In this document: positions 48,040 to 57,928 of the stretch, piece after piece
Layout of the letters: the number at the start of each line of letters is the position of its first letter
Numbering within the stretch: the first letter of the stretch is position 1
Source of the DNA: Nitrososphaerota archaeon
GTDB lineage: Archaea; Thermoproteota; Nitrososphaeria_A; Caldarchaeales; Calditenuaceae
Direction of reading: 5' to 3'
Assembly (NCBI GenBank): GCA_033581555.1
Contig: JAVQSZ010000006.1
Location: 32,001 to 96,000 of the forward strand
DNA length: 64,000 nt
The notes under the pieces: model-generated
The model's database searches: none
Seen by the model: the letters and a program-made list of their open reading frames with translations, nothing else
Told to the model about the DNA's origin: nothing
Translations under genes and position numbers: made by a program

Positions 48040-49293
48040 ATGGCGTTTCAGTCGCTCTGGATCTGGGAGCTCGAGGAGGTACGGGAGAGGCTCGACTGGT
48101 ACTACAGGGTGGCGAACAACGAGCTTCCGGCGAAGTACCTGATCTGCAGGAGGATACCCGCGGAGTTCGGGCCCGAGTCGACGACCGAGGAGCTCTGGAG
48201 GGAGCACAGGAGGCGTGCTGAGGAGTTCAGGTCAGTCCAGGGGGAACTGAGGGAGGGGGGATTGAGGTTAAGGGACCTCGAGGAGACCTCACCGTCACTT
48301 ATGGGCCTGAAGGTCGAGATCGTCAGGAGGACGCTGAGGTCCTGCACCTTCTGCAGGTGGAGGTGTAGGATCGATAGGGCCTCCGGAGGGAAGCTCGGCA
48401 CCTGCATGCTCGCGAGGACCTCGAAGGTCAGCAGCTACTTCCACCACCTCGGCGAGGAGCTCCCGATCAGGGGCACGTTCGGTTCCGGGACGATCTTCTT
48501 CACCTCCTGCAACATGAGGTGCGGGTTCTGCCAGAACGGCGACATCAGCAAGGACAAGGACAACGGCCTCGACGTGACGCCGGAGCTGCTCGCGAAGATG
48601 ATGTGGGAGCTGAGGGTCGAGGGCTGCCACAACGTCAACCTCGTCGGCGGCGAACCTACGGTCCACCTCCACACGATCGTCGAGGCGATATCGATGATAG
48701 GTAAGGTGCTCCCGGAGAAGGAGGACCTCGCGTACATGTGGCTGATGAAGCCCGACTACCTGAGGTGGAGGAGGCTCCCGAGGGAGAGGTACACGATCGA
48801 CGGCGAGTTCAACGTCCCGATCCTTTGGAACTCGAACATGTACATGACGCCCGAGACGCTCGAGCTGCTCAGGGAGCTGGTTGACATCTGGCTCCCGGAC
48901 TTCAAGTTCGGGAACGACAAGTGCTCGATAAGGCTCGCGAGGACTCCGTGGTACTGGGAGACGGTGACCGCGAACCACAAGGCGATCTACGAGTGGGGCG
49001 AGGACATAGTGATCCGGCACCTAGTCATGCCGAACCACGTCGAGTGTTGCACGAGGCCGGTCCTCGAGTGGATCGCGAGGAACATGCCCGGGACGCTCGT
49101 CAACGTCATGGACCAGTACCACCCCGACTGCTTCGCGGACCCGACCTCGCCCGAGTTCGACCCGAGGCTCTCCGACATAGCCCGGTACCCGACGGCGCAG
49201 GAGATCGCGGAGGCGTACAAGATCGCGAGGGAGCTCTCGATCCCCTTCGAGGCGATCAGCCTCGAGAAGAAGGGCCTCGTCCTCAGGTTCTGA
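48040..49293 (+). CDS. Radical SAM protein, PflX-like
   Basis: GTIFFTSCNMRCGFCQN (CxxxCxxC), GGEPT, PDFKFG, RHLVMP; start at 48040 or 47983. Confidence 0.88.
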   Translation: MAFQSLWIWELEEVRERLDWYYRVANNELPAKYLICRRIPAEFGPESTTEELWREHRRRAEEFRSVQGELREGGLRLRDLEETSPSLMGLKVEIVRRTLRSCTFCRWRCRIDRASGGKLGTCMLARTSKVSSYFHHLGEELPIRGTFGSGTIFFTSCNMRCGFCQNGDISKDKDNGLDVTPELLAKMMWELRVEGCHNVNLVGGEPTVHLHTIVEAISMIGKVLPEKEDLAYMWLMKPDYLRWRRLPRERYTIDGEFNVPILWNSNMYMTPETLELLRELVDIWLPDFKFGNDKCSIRLARTPWYWETVTANHKAIYEWGEDIVIRHLVMPNHVECCTRPVLEWIARNMPGTLVNVMDQYHPDCFADPTSPEFDPRLSDIARYPTAQEIAEAYKIARELSIPFEAISLEKKGLVLRF

Positions 49294-49319
49294 AGGATCT
49301 AACGCGATTCGGAAATTCA

Positions 49320-49334
49320 GTACAGTATTCGTAC
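49320..49334. promoter_or_regulatory. Candidate LysM/Lrp-type operator upstream of lysW
   Basis: GTAC-AGTATTC-GTAC 15-bp semi-palindrome. Confidence 0.4.
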
Positions 49335-49441
49335 CAAATCAACGGGGGCTCCTCGGGTCTCTGCGCCGCTAGGTGGCGGATATCGGAAGGACATTACGTT
49401 TATGAGCGGGACGTGTCAAGACCGCGCGAGGTGCTGGTGGC

Positions 49442-49615
49442 GTGAGGCCGCTTAGCTGTCCAGTGTGTGACGGGAAGGTCGACGTCCCGGAGGACGCGCT
49501 CGAGGGAGAGCTCTTCGAGTGCGGGTCCTGCGGCGCCCAGCTCGAGTACTACCTCGAGGGCGAGAGGCCCAGGCTGAAGATGGCCGAAGAGGTCGCGGAG
49601 GACTGGGGAGAGTAG
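49442..49615 (+). CDS. lysW: Amino-group carrier protein LysW/ArgW (missed by ORF track)
   Basis: Manual translation MRPLSCPVCDG...CGSCGAQLE...EDWGE*, 57 aa, with the diagnostic EDWGE terminus. Confidence 0.95.
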   Translation: MRPLSCPVCDGKVDVPEDALEGELFECGSCGAQLEYYLEGERPRLKMAEEVAEDWGE

Positions 49616-49631
49616 ACGGGTAAGCGGGGGC

Positions 49632-50486
49632 TTGAGGATAGGGATAGCCTACGACGTCGTCCGGGACGAGGAGAGGCAGATCGTCGAGGCGATCAGGAGG
49701 AGGGGCCACGAGCTCGTTCCGCTCTACGTGCCCTCTATGGTCGTGAAGGTCGAGAACTCCTCCGAGCGCTTCGCTAACGGCGTCGACTTCGCTTTCGAGA
49801 GGTGCGTGAGCTTCTACAGGGCCCTCTCCAGCGCGGCGCTCCTCGAGGGCGAAGGCGTCGAAGTCGTCAACCGATACGAGGTGATCAGGGACTGCGGCGA
49901 CAAGCTGGTGACGACGATCAGGCTCTCCACGAGAGGCGTCCCCGTCCCGAGGACCTACGTGGCCTTCTCGAGACAGAAAGCGGTGGAGGCGGCGAGGGAG
50001 CTCGGGTACCCGGTGGTCGTGAAGCCGATCTTCGGCAGCTGGGGGAGGATGATGGCGAGGGCCCTGAGCGAGGACGACCTGCTCGACATCATCGACTTCA
50101 GGGAGTCGATGCCCTCTCCCTACTTCAAGGTCCACTACATCCAGGAGTTCGTGAACAAGCCCGGAAGGGACATCAGGGCTTTCTACGTCTGGGGAGAGGT
50201 CCCGGTCGCGATCTACCGGTACAGCAGCAGGTGGAAGACCAACACGGCGCTAGGGGGAAGGGCTGAGCCCGCGGAGCTCACCGAGGAGCTGGTGGACCTG
50301 ACGGTGAGGGCAGGCGACGCGATGGGCGGCGGAGTGCTCGGGGTCGACCTGATGGAGTCTCCGGACGGGAGGCTCTACGTCAGCGAGGTGAACGCGGTCG
50401 TCGAGTTCAGGAACACCGTCAGGGTCACCGGTGTGGACCTGGCCGGGATGATGGTCGAGAAGACAGTAGAGCGGATGAGGAGGTAG
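49632..50486 (+). CDS. lysX: LysX/ArgX ATP-grasp ligase
   Basis: KPIFGSWGR, KPGRDIR, WKTNTALGG, EVN..EF; follows lysW. Confidence 0.88.
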   Translation: MRIGIAYDVVRDEERQIVEAIRRRGHELVPLYVPSMVVKVENSSERFANGVDFAFERCVSFYRALSSAALLEGEGVEVVNRYEVIRDCGDKLVTTIRLSTRGVPVPRTYVAFSRQKAVEAARELGYPVVVKPIFGSWGRMMARALSEDDLLDIIDFRESMPSPYFKVHYIQEFVNKPGRDIRAFYVWGEVPVAIYRYSSRWKTNTALGGRAEPAELTEELVDLTVRAGDAMGGGVLGVDLMESPDGRLYVSEVNAVVEFRNTVRVTGVDLAGMMVEKTVERMRR

Positions 50487-50756
50487 TCAGCCCTCCCTCG
50501 AGAGCGCCTCCACCGTGACCTCTCCGACTCCCTCTAAGGACCTCAGGAACTCCTCCAGCTGGTCGGTCACGCCCTCCCTCTCAGGGAGTGAGAAGGCGAT
50601 CAACAAGCTCTCGAGCCCGAAGGCGACGCTCTCCCTCCTCGCGCTCCTCACGATCACCCCCTCCGGCGCGGAGCCCCTTATCGCCTCCAGGAGCCCGTCG
50701 AGGTCGACCTGGTCGTCGGAGGGCATGACCCTGACCACGTAGAGCACCCGGCCCAT
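50487..50756 (-). CDS. Translation elongation factor 1-beta
   Basis: RVMPSD..VDLD.L, VAFGL; conserved position after the Zn-ribbon gene. Confidence 0.88.
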   Translation of the reverse strand: MGRVLYVVRVMPSDDQVDLDGLLEAIRGSAPEGVIVRSARRESVAFGLESLLIAFSLPEREGVTDQLEEFLRSLEGVGEVTVEALSREG

Positions 50757-50758
50757 GG

Positions 50759-50944
50759 TCACGGCCCCTCGAAGCCGCAGACCGGGCAGACGTAGGTCCT
50801 CGAGAGCTCCCTGCAGACCTCACACCTCCATATGGTCACCCTGTTGCATGACGGGCACGGGAACTTCACTGCCTTCTCTTCGGGCGTTATCGACCTGTTG
50901 CAGGACGTGCAGCTCGGCAGAGCTATCACCCTAGCGCTCGGCAC
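50759..50944 (-). CDS. DUF1610 / HVO_2753-like Zn-ribbon protein
   Basis: CTSC, CPSC, RCEVCR, YVCPVCGFEGP. Confidence 0.88.
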   Translation of the reverse strand: MPSARVIALPSCTSCNRSITPEEKAVKFPCPSCNRVTIWRCEVCRELSRTYVCPVCGFEGP

Positions 50945-51047
50945 GGGAGTCCGGGGCCCCGGGTCCTAATAAAGCGGAGGCGCGGTCGCGCGGAACGTTC
51001 AAGAGACGACGCGGGGGCGTCGGTGCGGCCGCGGTGGACCTGCGGAC

Positions 51048-51356
51048 TTGACCAGGGACGCGGCGAGGGAGCGGAGCAGGACCGTCCTCAGGGAGGTCGA
51101 GAGGCTGATGGAGCTGGCCCTGCACACCGACGACGAAGTCCTGAGGAGGGCCGCGGTCAGGCACGCGGTGGAGCTCTGCAGGAGGACGAGGACCAAGATG
51201 CCGAAGAGGTACTCGAGGCTGGTCTGCAAGAGGTGCCTCTCGCTCTACAGGTTCACGGAGGGCTCGAGGTTCAGGGTGAGGAGGGGAAGGACCAGGTGCG
51301 TGGTGATCACCTGCGGCAGCTGCGGCGCCGTCAACAGGATTCCGATCGAACGATGA
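51048..51356 (+). CDS. Ribonuclease P protein component 4 (Rpp21/Rpr2)
   Basis: AARER..L, CKRC..RVR..ITCGSCG..RIP. Confidence 0.8.
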   Translation: MTRDAARERSRTVLREVERLMELALHTDDEVLRRAAVRHAVELCRRTRTKMPKRYSRLVCKRCLSLYRFTEGSRFRVRRGRTRCVVITCGSCGAVNRIPIER

Positions 51357-51360
51357 GCCC

Positions 51361-53871
51361 TCAACCCTTCAGCTCGACGAGCCTCGAGAGCGCGGCCATC
51401 CTGTCGACGAGCCTCCTGTTCTCCTCCCTCACCTTCTCCAGCTCCTCCCTGAGGACCTTGTACTCGGTCCCGCGCTCGAGGGACTTCCTTACCCTCTCCG
51501 CGGCGTCCCTCGCGTCCCTCCTGACCATCTCGTACGGATCCGTCTCCGCAAGCCTGTTCAGTATCGGGAGGACCTTCGGTGTGACGAGCTCGGCGCAGGC
51601 CGCCACTACGGCCCTCCTCACCCTGTAGCTCTCGTCGGACGCGAGCTCCTCCAGTCTCCTGATCACCTCCCTCCTCCCCGGGAACCTGCCGAGGAGCGAA
51701 GCGGCCGCGGCCCTCACATGGCTGGGCTTGTCGCGCATCGTGTACTCCATCACCACCTCGAGGGCCCTCTCGCCCCCGATCTCCGCCATTCCCCTCAAGC
51801 ACCCGATCGTGATCGCGTTGTTGTGGGAGGGGTCCTGGAGGTGCGCGGTCAGCTCGTCGATGTCAGACTCGTCCCCTGCCTTGCCCAACGACGTGGCCGC
51901 CGCCTGCCTCGTGTAGTAGCCCTCGTTCGCGTCCCTCAGCACCGACCTCAGGCCCTCCGCGACGTCCCTGCCCCTGAAGTTCGCGAGGGCCTCACAAACC
52001 GCTGTCCGCACCTTCGGCCTCCTGATCGTCCTCAGCGCCGAGAGCAGCCGCTCCTTCGCCATCTCGCTCCTCGTCGCGCCCAAGGCCTTCGCTGCCTCGG
52101 CCGCGAGACCCCAGAAGGCCTCGCCGTCGGTGAGGACCTGGTAGAGGGCCTCGATCGACTTCGCGCTCCCTATCTTCCCAAGCGCCCTCGCCGCGAGTAG
52201 CCTGCAGTAGGCGTGCTCGTCGTACCTGAGGATCCTGATCCAGACCTCGTCGCCGAGCTTCCTCTCGAGGACCGCGAAGGACTCGAGGTGCGGGTCGACG
52301 CAGACCCATTCGGGCCTCTCAGGGACCGGAAGGGCCACGACCTCCTCCCTCGACCTGAGCTCCACGCTGAACTCCCTGTACCCTCCCTTCAGCCTCACGA
52401 GGAGCCTCAGTGGGATCCAGTACTCCTGGAGGGAGTCTTCGCCCTGCGTCTGCTTGAACTTGAGCTTCAGCGTCCCTGTCTGCTGGTCGTACTCCTCCTC
52501 GACCGAGAGGACCGGGTGCCCGGCGTTGTAGACGTATTGCTCGAAGAAGAGCTCGAGGTTCCTCCCGGAGACCTCCTCCACGACCTTCCTGAAGTCCTCG
52601 GTATCAACAGCCCTGTACGCGTACCTCCTCAGGAACTCCCCGAGCGCCCTCCTGAACGCCTCGTCGCCCATCAGCCCCCTGAGCGCGTTGAGGACGAGGG
52701 CCCCCTTGGGATAGGAGTGGCCGTCGAAGAGCTCTGTCGGATACCTGTAGACCCTCGAGACGATCGGCCTCGCGTACTTGTCCCTGTACTCCTGGAGGTA
52801 CGCGTCCATGTCCCTGAGGACCTCGTAGACGAACTCGTCCCTGCCCTTGTCGTGGAGGACGAAGAGGTTCTCGAGGTACGTGGCGAAGCTCTCGTTCAGC
52901 CAGATGTGGGGCCAGTCCCTGCAGGTCACGAGGTCCCCGAACCACTGGTGGACGAGCTCGTGGGCCACGAGGGGGTCGCTGGAGAACTCCTCGTGGGCCT
53001 TCTCGTCGTGGAGGGTCAGGTCGGTGAGCGTCGTGGCCGTGGTGTTCTCCATCCCTCCGAAGATGAACTCGCTGACCACCACCTGCGCGTACTTCCTGTA
53101 CGGGTACGGGTAGCCGAGGTACTCGCTGAGGAAGTCGATGATCTTCGCGGTCTTCCCGAAGGAGAGGTGCGCCCTCTCCCTCCACCCCCTGGGGACGAAG
53201 TACTGAAGCCTGACGCCCCTGTGCTCTTCCTCGATGACCTCGAAGTGGCCTGCGGCGACGCTGATGAGGTACGCGGAGTGGGGAACGTCCATCCTGTAGT
53301 GCCAGACCTCCTCGCCGTCGAGGACCTCGTGTCTCACCAGGTCGCCGTTGGAGACCGCGACCATCCCCCTCGGGACCCGGACGATCAGCTCGGAGGTCTG
53401 CTTCACCGATGGGTGGTCGTAGAGGACCATCCAGTACCTGTTATAATCTGTCTCGCCCTGGCTCCAGCAGTGGGGGAGCCTGTCGGGGTTAGCCTGGTCC
53501 GGGCCGACGAAGTGAAAGCCCTTCCTCGGGACCGCGACGTAGCTCACCCTGATCTTCGCCTCCCTTCCCGGCACCTCGACCGCGAGCGCGTTGCCGTCGT
53601 AGTGCCAGGGGGCCTCCGCCCCGTCGACCGTGACGCTCCTGATCTCGAGCTCGCACGCGTCGAGGACGACCGCGCCAGACCTCTCGCCGTTCCTCACGAC
53701 CTCGATCTCCTCTTCGCCGAAGAGCCTCCTTCCCTCGAAGTCGATCCGGAGCTCGAGCCTGATGTGCCTAACAGTGTAGCCGCGGTTCGGCGGGTAGACC
53801 GAGCTGTACTCCGGGTAGGCGAAGTCCCTTCCGGGCTTCGCGTAGGGATACGTCCTCATCCCAGCGACCAC
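51361..53871 (-). CDS. M1 family aminopeptidase with HEAT repeats and C-terminal coiled coil
   Basis: GGMEN, HELVHQWFG..WLNESFA, YPKG; HEAT-like repeats. Confidence 0.92.
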   Translation of the reverse strand: MVAGMRTYPYAKPGRDFAYPEYSSVYPPNRGYTVRHIRLELRIDFEGRRLFGEEEIEVVRNGERSGAVVLDACELEIRSVTVDGAEAPWHYDGNALAVEVPGREAKIRVSYVAVPRKGFHFVGPDQANPDRLPHCWSQGETDYNRYWMVLYDHPSVKQTSELIVRVPRGMVAVSNGDLVRHEVLDGEEVWHYRMDVPHSAYLISVAAGHFEVIEEEHRGVRLQYFVPRGWRERAHLSFGKTAKIIDFLSEYLGYPYPYRKYAQVVVSEFIFGGMENTTATTLTDLTLHDEKAHEEFSSDPLVAHELVHQWFGDLVTCRDWPHIWLNESFATYLENLFVLHDKGRDEFVYEVLRDMDAYLQEYRDKYARPIVSRVYRYPTELFDGHSYPKGALVLNALRGLMGDEAFRRALGEFLRRYAYRAVDTEDFRKVVEEVSGRNLELFFEQYVYNAGHPVLSVEEEYDQQTGTLKLKFKQTQGEDSLQEYWIPLRLLVRLKGGYREFSVELRSREEVVALPVPERPEWVCVDPHLESFAVLERKLGDEVWIRILRYDEHAYCRLLAARALGKIGSAKSIEALYQVLTDGEAFWGLAAEAAKALGATRSEMAKERLLSALRTIRRPKVRTAVCEALANFRGRDVAEGLRSVLRDANEGYYTRQAAATSLGKAGDESDIDELTAHLQDPSHNNAITIGCLRGMAEIGGERALEVVMEYTMRDKPSHVRAAAASLLGRFPGRREVIRRLEELASDESYRVRRAVVAACAELVTPKVLPILNRLAETDPYEMVRRDARDAAERVRKSLERGTEYKVLREELEKVREENRRLVDRMAALSRLVELKG

Positions 53872-53923
53872 TAAAGGCTCCCACTTAAGCCTGCTACGGC
53901 TGCTAACTTATCTCGGAGGGGCG

Positions 53924-54616
53924 GTGACTCCGGGTGGGTTGCGGGTAGTCGCACTCTTCACGGGAGGCAAGGACTCGACGCTGGCCCTCGAGAAGGCGCT
54001 GGCCGCGGGACACGAGGTCGTCGAGCTGATCACGGTGTTGCCCGAGCCCCACTCCTACGCCTTCCACGACGTCTGCTTAGAGGTCACGCCGCTCCAGGCC
54101 CGCTCGATGGGCCTGCCGCAGAAGTTCGTCAAGGTCCCTCCGGGCAAAGAGAGGGAGGTTGAGGCCCTCGGGGAGTTCCTCGCGAGCGAGGCAGGGGCCT
54201 CGGGGATCGAGGGGGTGGTGACTGGGGTGATCAGGAGCGCCTACCAGAAGTCGAGGATGGACGCGATGCTGGCGGAGATCGGGCTGAAGCACCTCGCCCC
54301 GAACTGGGGGATGCCCCCGGGCTCGGTCGTCGGCGAGGCGGTGATGAGGGGCTACGAGGTCGTCGTCTCCTCGGTCTCCGCGCACGGCTTGGACAGGAGC
54401 TGGATAGGGAGGAGGATCGACGGGGAGGCGCTGAGGGAGCTCCTGGCCAGGTCGGAGAAGTTCGGGTTCGACCCCGACGGAGAGGGTGGCGAGTACGAGA
54501 CGCTGGTCCTGTGGGCGCCGCCCTTTAGGGAGAGGTTGAAGCTCCTGGAGTGGGCGAGCGCCTGGGACGGTTACTCTGGGAGGCTCCTGGTGGGACGGGC
54601 CGAGCTGGACCCATGA
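53924..54616 (+). CDS. Diphthine--ammonia ligase (Dph6)
   Basis: LFTGGKDS, YQKSR, DGEGGEYETLV. Confidence 0.88.
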   Translation: MTPGGLRVVALFTGGKDSTLALEKALAAGHEVVELITVLPEPHSYAFHDVCLEVTPLQARSMGLPQKFVKVPPGKEREVEALGEFLASEAGASGIEGVVTGVIRSAYQKSRMDAMLAEIGLKHLAPNWGMPPGSVVGEAVMRGYEVVVSSVSAHGLDRSWIGRRIDGEALRELLARSEKFGFDPDGEGGEYETLVLWAPPFRERLKLLEWASAWDGYSGRLLVGRAELDP

Positions 54617-54623
54617 GACGGCC

Positions 54624-55133
54624 TCAGCCCGCAGCTACGCCCGAAGAGACGAGCACGCTGAGGATCCTGTAGGTGAGGCCCCAGATCAGAACGTCCTCAT
54701 CCACCATCGCCTCCACCTCCCTCTCGCCGAACGAGGTGAGGACCTTGACCCTCGTCCTACTCATCGAGGACGGCCTGACCCACCTGAAGTCGGCTAACTC
54801 CTCGTTCAACCTGACCTGCGGCCTGAAGTCGGCCCTCAGCGCGACGACGTGGACCCTGAGCTCGGGCCTGTTCATGGGCGACACCGGCCCGAACCACCCG
54901 ATCGGCTCCAGCAGCTCGATGTCGATGCCGGTCTCCTCGAGCACCTCCCTCCTCGCGGTCATCCAGAGGTCGGAGTCCCCCCACGTCCACCTCCCTCCTG
55001 GCAGGGCCCACTGGCCGGACCATGGGTCGCCGGCCCTTGGAGCCCTCTTCACGACCAGCACGCTGCCCTCGGGGTCGAAGATCGCTCCGACCGCGGCCGT
55101 GCCCTCCCCGCCCTCGGGAGCCGCGGGCCTCAA
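54624..55133 (-). CDS. Nudix hydrolase (CoA-pyrophosphatase-like)
   Basis: DPWSGQWALPGG..TARREVLEETG, IWGLT; TTG start overlaps the stop of the CBS gene. Confidence 0.88.
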   Translation of the reverse strand: MRPAAPEGGEGTAAVGAIFDPEGSVLVVKRAPRAGDPWSGQWALPGGRWTWGDSDLWMTARREVLEETGIDIELLEPIGWFGPVSPMNRPELRVHVVALRADFRPQVRLNEELADFRWVRPSSMSRTRVKVLTSFGEREVEAMVDEDVLIWGLTYRILSVLVSSGVAAG

Positions 55134-56293
55134 TACCTCTCCGCCAAGTCCACCAGCCAGTCGTACCGGGCCTCGAGCTCCTTGCTGATCGTGAGCTGCC
55201 TCTCGATCCTGTGGAGCGCGGCCCTCGCGGCCAGCGTCAGCGTCCATCCCTCCCCCACCGCGACGATCCTGTACCTGTCCGTGTTGAGCCTTGCCCTACA
55301 GTGGATCAGGTGGACGTCGCCGTGCTTCTCCCTATGCTCCTTGAAGTGAAGGGTTATCGTCCCGACGCCGATCGTGCTCCCGTACCTCTTCACGAACGAC
55401 CTCACCGACTCGAGGACGCTCGACTTCTCCTGCTCGCCGGGAGCGTTCGCCAGCTTGAACGTCACCTGGACGTTGACGCCGGTCTCCTCCTCGTCGCCCA
55501 TCGAGGCCAGGGGCTCCAGCGCGTCGGTCCTCGTCAGTATCCCCACGACCCTCTGGCCCTCAGTCACGACTACACACGAGACGTCGTAGTGCCGCATCTT
55601 CTCGACGGCCGCGATGAGCTCGTCGTTGGGGGAGCAGGTGATCACGGGGCTGTTCATGACGTCCCGCACCCTCGTCCCCAGCGTCGGCACCTTCTCGCCG
55701 AGGACCTCGCCGACGGTCGACCTGTACCTGGGCCCTAGGACCCTCACGATCAGGTCGTGGAGCGTGACTATCCCCACGAGCCTTCCGTCCTGGACGACGG
55801 GGAGCCTGGAGATGCCCTCGTCCCGCATCAGGGCCACGGCCCTTCCGACGCTCTCGTCGGCCCCCACCGTTATCGGGTCCTCGGTCATCACTTGCCTGAC
55901 CTTGTAACCCCTCAACAGCTCCCTGCAGGCCTCGAGGAGGTCGAAGACCCCGACGACTCCTACGGGCTTGGAGCCGTCCTCCACCACCGGAAGGGCCTTG
56001 ATGTTGTTCTCCATCATCAGCTTGGCTGCCTTGGCGACGCTGTCCTCCGGCCTCAGCCTCGGCACCGGGATCGCGAAGGTCCTGGTCTTGACCTGCTGGA
56101 GGTTGAGCTTCGGCCTGAGGAGGACCCTCTCGGTGAGGAGCCCGACCAGCTGGTCGCCCGAGAGCACCAGGACCACGTCGACGTCCTTCTCCGCGAAGAC
56201 GCTCGCGACCTTGATCAGGGGCTCGTCGGCCTGGACAGCCTCGAACTGCCTGCTCATCACCTCGCTTACTTTAGGGAGCTCCTGTTGACCCAA
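55130..56293 (-). CDS. Four-CBS-domain protein with C-terminal HPF/RaiA-like domain (putative ribosome hibernation factor)
   Basis: Two CBS pairs, then ITLHFKEH..HCRARL..AVGEGW.L..A..AL.RIERQL; start set at TTG 56293. Confidence 0.75.
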   Translation of the reverse strand: MGQQELPKVSEVMSRQFEAVQADEPLIKVASVFAEKDVDVVLVLSGDQLVGLLTERVLLRPKLNLQQVKTRTFAIPVPRLRPEDSVAKAAKLMMENNIKALPVVEDGSKPVGVVGVFDLLEACRELLRGYKVRQVMTEDPITVGADESVGRAVALMRDEGISRLPVVQDGRLVGIVTLHDLIVRVLGPRYRSTVGEVLGEKVPTLGTRVRDVMNSPVITCSPNDELIAAVEKMRHYDVSCVVVTEGQRVVGILTRTDALEPLASMGDEEETGVNVQVTFKLANAPGEQEKSSVLESVRSFVKRYGSTIGVGTITLHFKEHREKHGDVHLIHCRARLNTDRYRIVAVGEGWTLTLAARAALHRIERQLTISKELEARYDWLVDLAERY

Positions 56294-56424
56294 ACCCGAG
56301 ACTCCGGCACTTCGGCTCCTAAAGACCCTTGAGGCGCCGAAGACGGACAGTTCGGCCCCGCTGGACGGCCGGTCTTCGCGCCGATCGGCCTCGAACACTT
56401 AAATGAACCGGGACGGAACTGCGC

Positions 56425-56874
56425 GTGGGTTTGTCGTCGGAGCAGCGCAGGTTCGTCTTCGGGTCCAGGGAGTGGTTCGAGCGCTTCGTCGAGGCCTTGA
56501 ACGGGGACCCCGAGTACAACGCCGCCGCGAAGGACTGGGAGGACCCCATAACCCTCCTGATGACGAACCTTCCGCCTGCTGTAAGGGAGTACTTCGGGAC
56601 CGAGCAGATAGGAGCGTGGCTGGACCTCTACCACGGGAAGTGCAGGGGGTTCGAGATCGTCAGGACCGCGGACGAGAAGCCCGCGCCGATCGTGATCGTC
56701 GGGAGCTACGAGAACATGAAGAAGGTTGCCCAGGGGAAGCTCAGCCCGACCCTGGCGGTGATGACCGGTCAGCTAAGGGTCAAGGGGAACGTCGCCAAGC
56801 TCCTCGCGAACGCGGCCGCAGCCGCGGCCTTCGTCAACGCGATCAAGAGGGTCCCGACGGAGTTCCTGGCGTGA
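56425..56874 (+). CDS. SCP2 sterol/lipid-binding domain protein
   Basis: FGSREW, LDLYHGKC, GKLSP..AVMTGQLRVKGN. Confidence 0.85.
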   Translation: MGLSSEQRRFVFGSREWFERFVEALNGDPEYNAAAKDWEDPITLLMTNLPPAVREYFGTEQIGAWLDLYHGKCRGFEIVRTADEKPAPIVIVGSYENMKKVAQGKLSPTLAVMTGQLRVKGNVAKLLANAAAAAAFVNAIKRVPTEFLA

Positions 56875-56884
56875 GGGGTCCGGA

Positions 56885-57925
56885 GTGAAGGCCGCGAGGT
56901 GGTACGGTCCTGGCGACGTCAGGGTCGAGGAGGTAGAGAGGCCGAGGCTCCGAAGCGAGACCGATGCCCTGGTGAGTCCCACCTCCGCGTGCATCTGCGG
57001 CACAGACCTCCACCTCTACAGAGGAGAGCTGACCTCGATACCGGGAAGCGTGATGGGCCACGAGTTCATGGGGGTGGTCGAGGAGGTCGGGCCCGCGGTC
57101 AGGAGGTTCAGGCCCGGCGACCGCGTGATCTCCTCCTGCTGGATCGCCGACGGCACCTGCTGGTTCTGCAGGCGCGGGTACTACACGCAGTGCGTGAACG
57201 TCAACATCTACGGCATGGGCCCGGTCTACGGCGAGACCCTCGACGGCGCCTTCGCGGAGCTCGTGAGGGTGCCATACGCCGACACGGTCCTTCTGCGGGC
57301 CCCGGAGGGCGTACCCGACGAGAAGCTGGTCACGGTGGGGGACAGCCTCGCGACTGGCTACGAGGCGATCGTCGGAGGGGGGATGAGGCCGGGCGACTTC
57401 GTGGTCGTGATAGGCTGCGGCGCGGTGGGGCTCTACTCCGGGATCTTCGCGCGGCTGCTCGGAGCCTCGGACGTCATAATGGTCGACGTGGTCCCTGAGA
57501 GGCTCTCGGTGGCGGAAGGCCTTGGGCTCTCGACGCTCAACGCCGCCGAGGTCGACGTCGGGGAGGAAGTGAGGAGGATGACGGACGGCGTGGGAGCGGA
57601 CTTCGTCGTGGAGGCAGTAGGAAGGACCGTCGAGCCGCTGATGACCGCGATCGAGGCCGCGAGGCGGAAGGGAACGGTCTCCGTCGTGGGGTACCACCTC
57701 CACGAGTACTCCATTCCGTCGGGGATGCTCTGGCTCACGGAGAAGAGGCTTGTCTTCTCGATAGGGGACGCGATAAGGAACGGCGAGACGCTCCTCGCGT
57801 ACATCGCTCGCAACAGGATGGACCCGAGCGTCGTGATCACCCACCGCGTGACCCTCGACGAGGTCCCGAAGGGGTTCGAGCTCTTCGCGGCGAGGAAGGC
57901 GCTTAAGGTGTTGGTCCGGGTCTGA
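56885..57925 (+). CDS. Zn-dependent alcohol dehydrogenase (glutathione-independent FDH-like subgroup)
   Basis: ICGTDLH, GHE, DGTCWFC..C, GDSLATG, GCGAVG. Confidence 0.9.
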   Translation: MKAARWYGPGDVRVEEVERPRLRSETDALVSPTSACICGTDLHLYRGELTSIPGSVMGHEFMGVVEEVGPAVRRFRPGDRVISSCWIADGTCWFCRRGYYTQCVNVNIYGMGPVYGETLDGAFAELVRVPYADTVLLRAPEGVPDEKLVTVGDSLATGYEAIVGGGMRPGDFVVVIGCGAVGLYSGIFARLLGASDVIMVDVVPERLSVAEGLGLSTLNAAEVDVGEEVRRMTDGVGADFVVEAVGRTVEPLMTAIEAARRKGTVSVVGYHLHEYSIPSGMLWLTEKRLVFSIGDAIRNGETLLAYIARNRMDPSVVITHRVTLDEVPKGFELFAARKALKVLVRV

Positions 57926-57928
57926 GGG

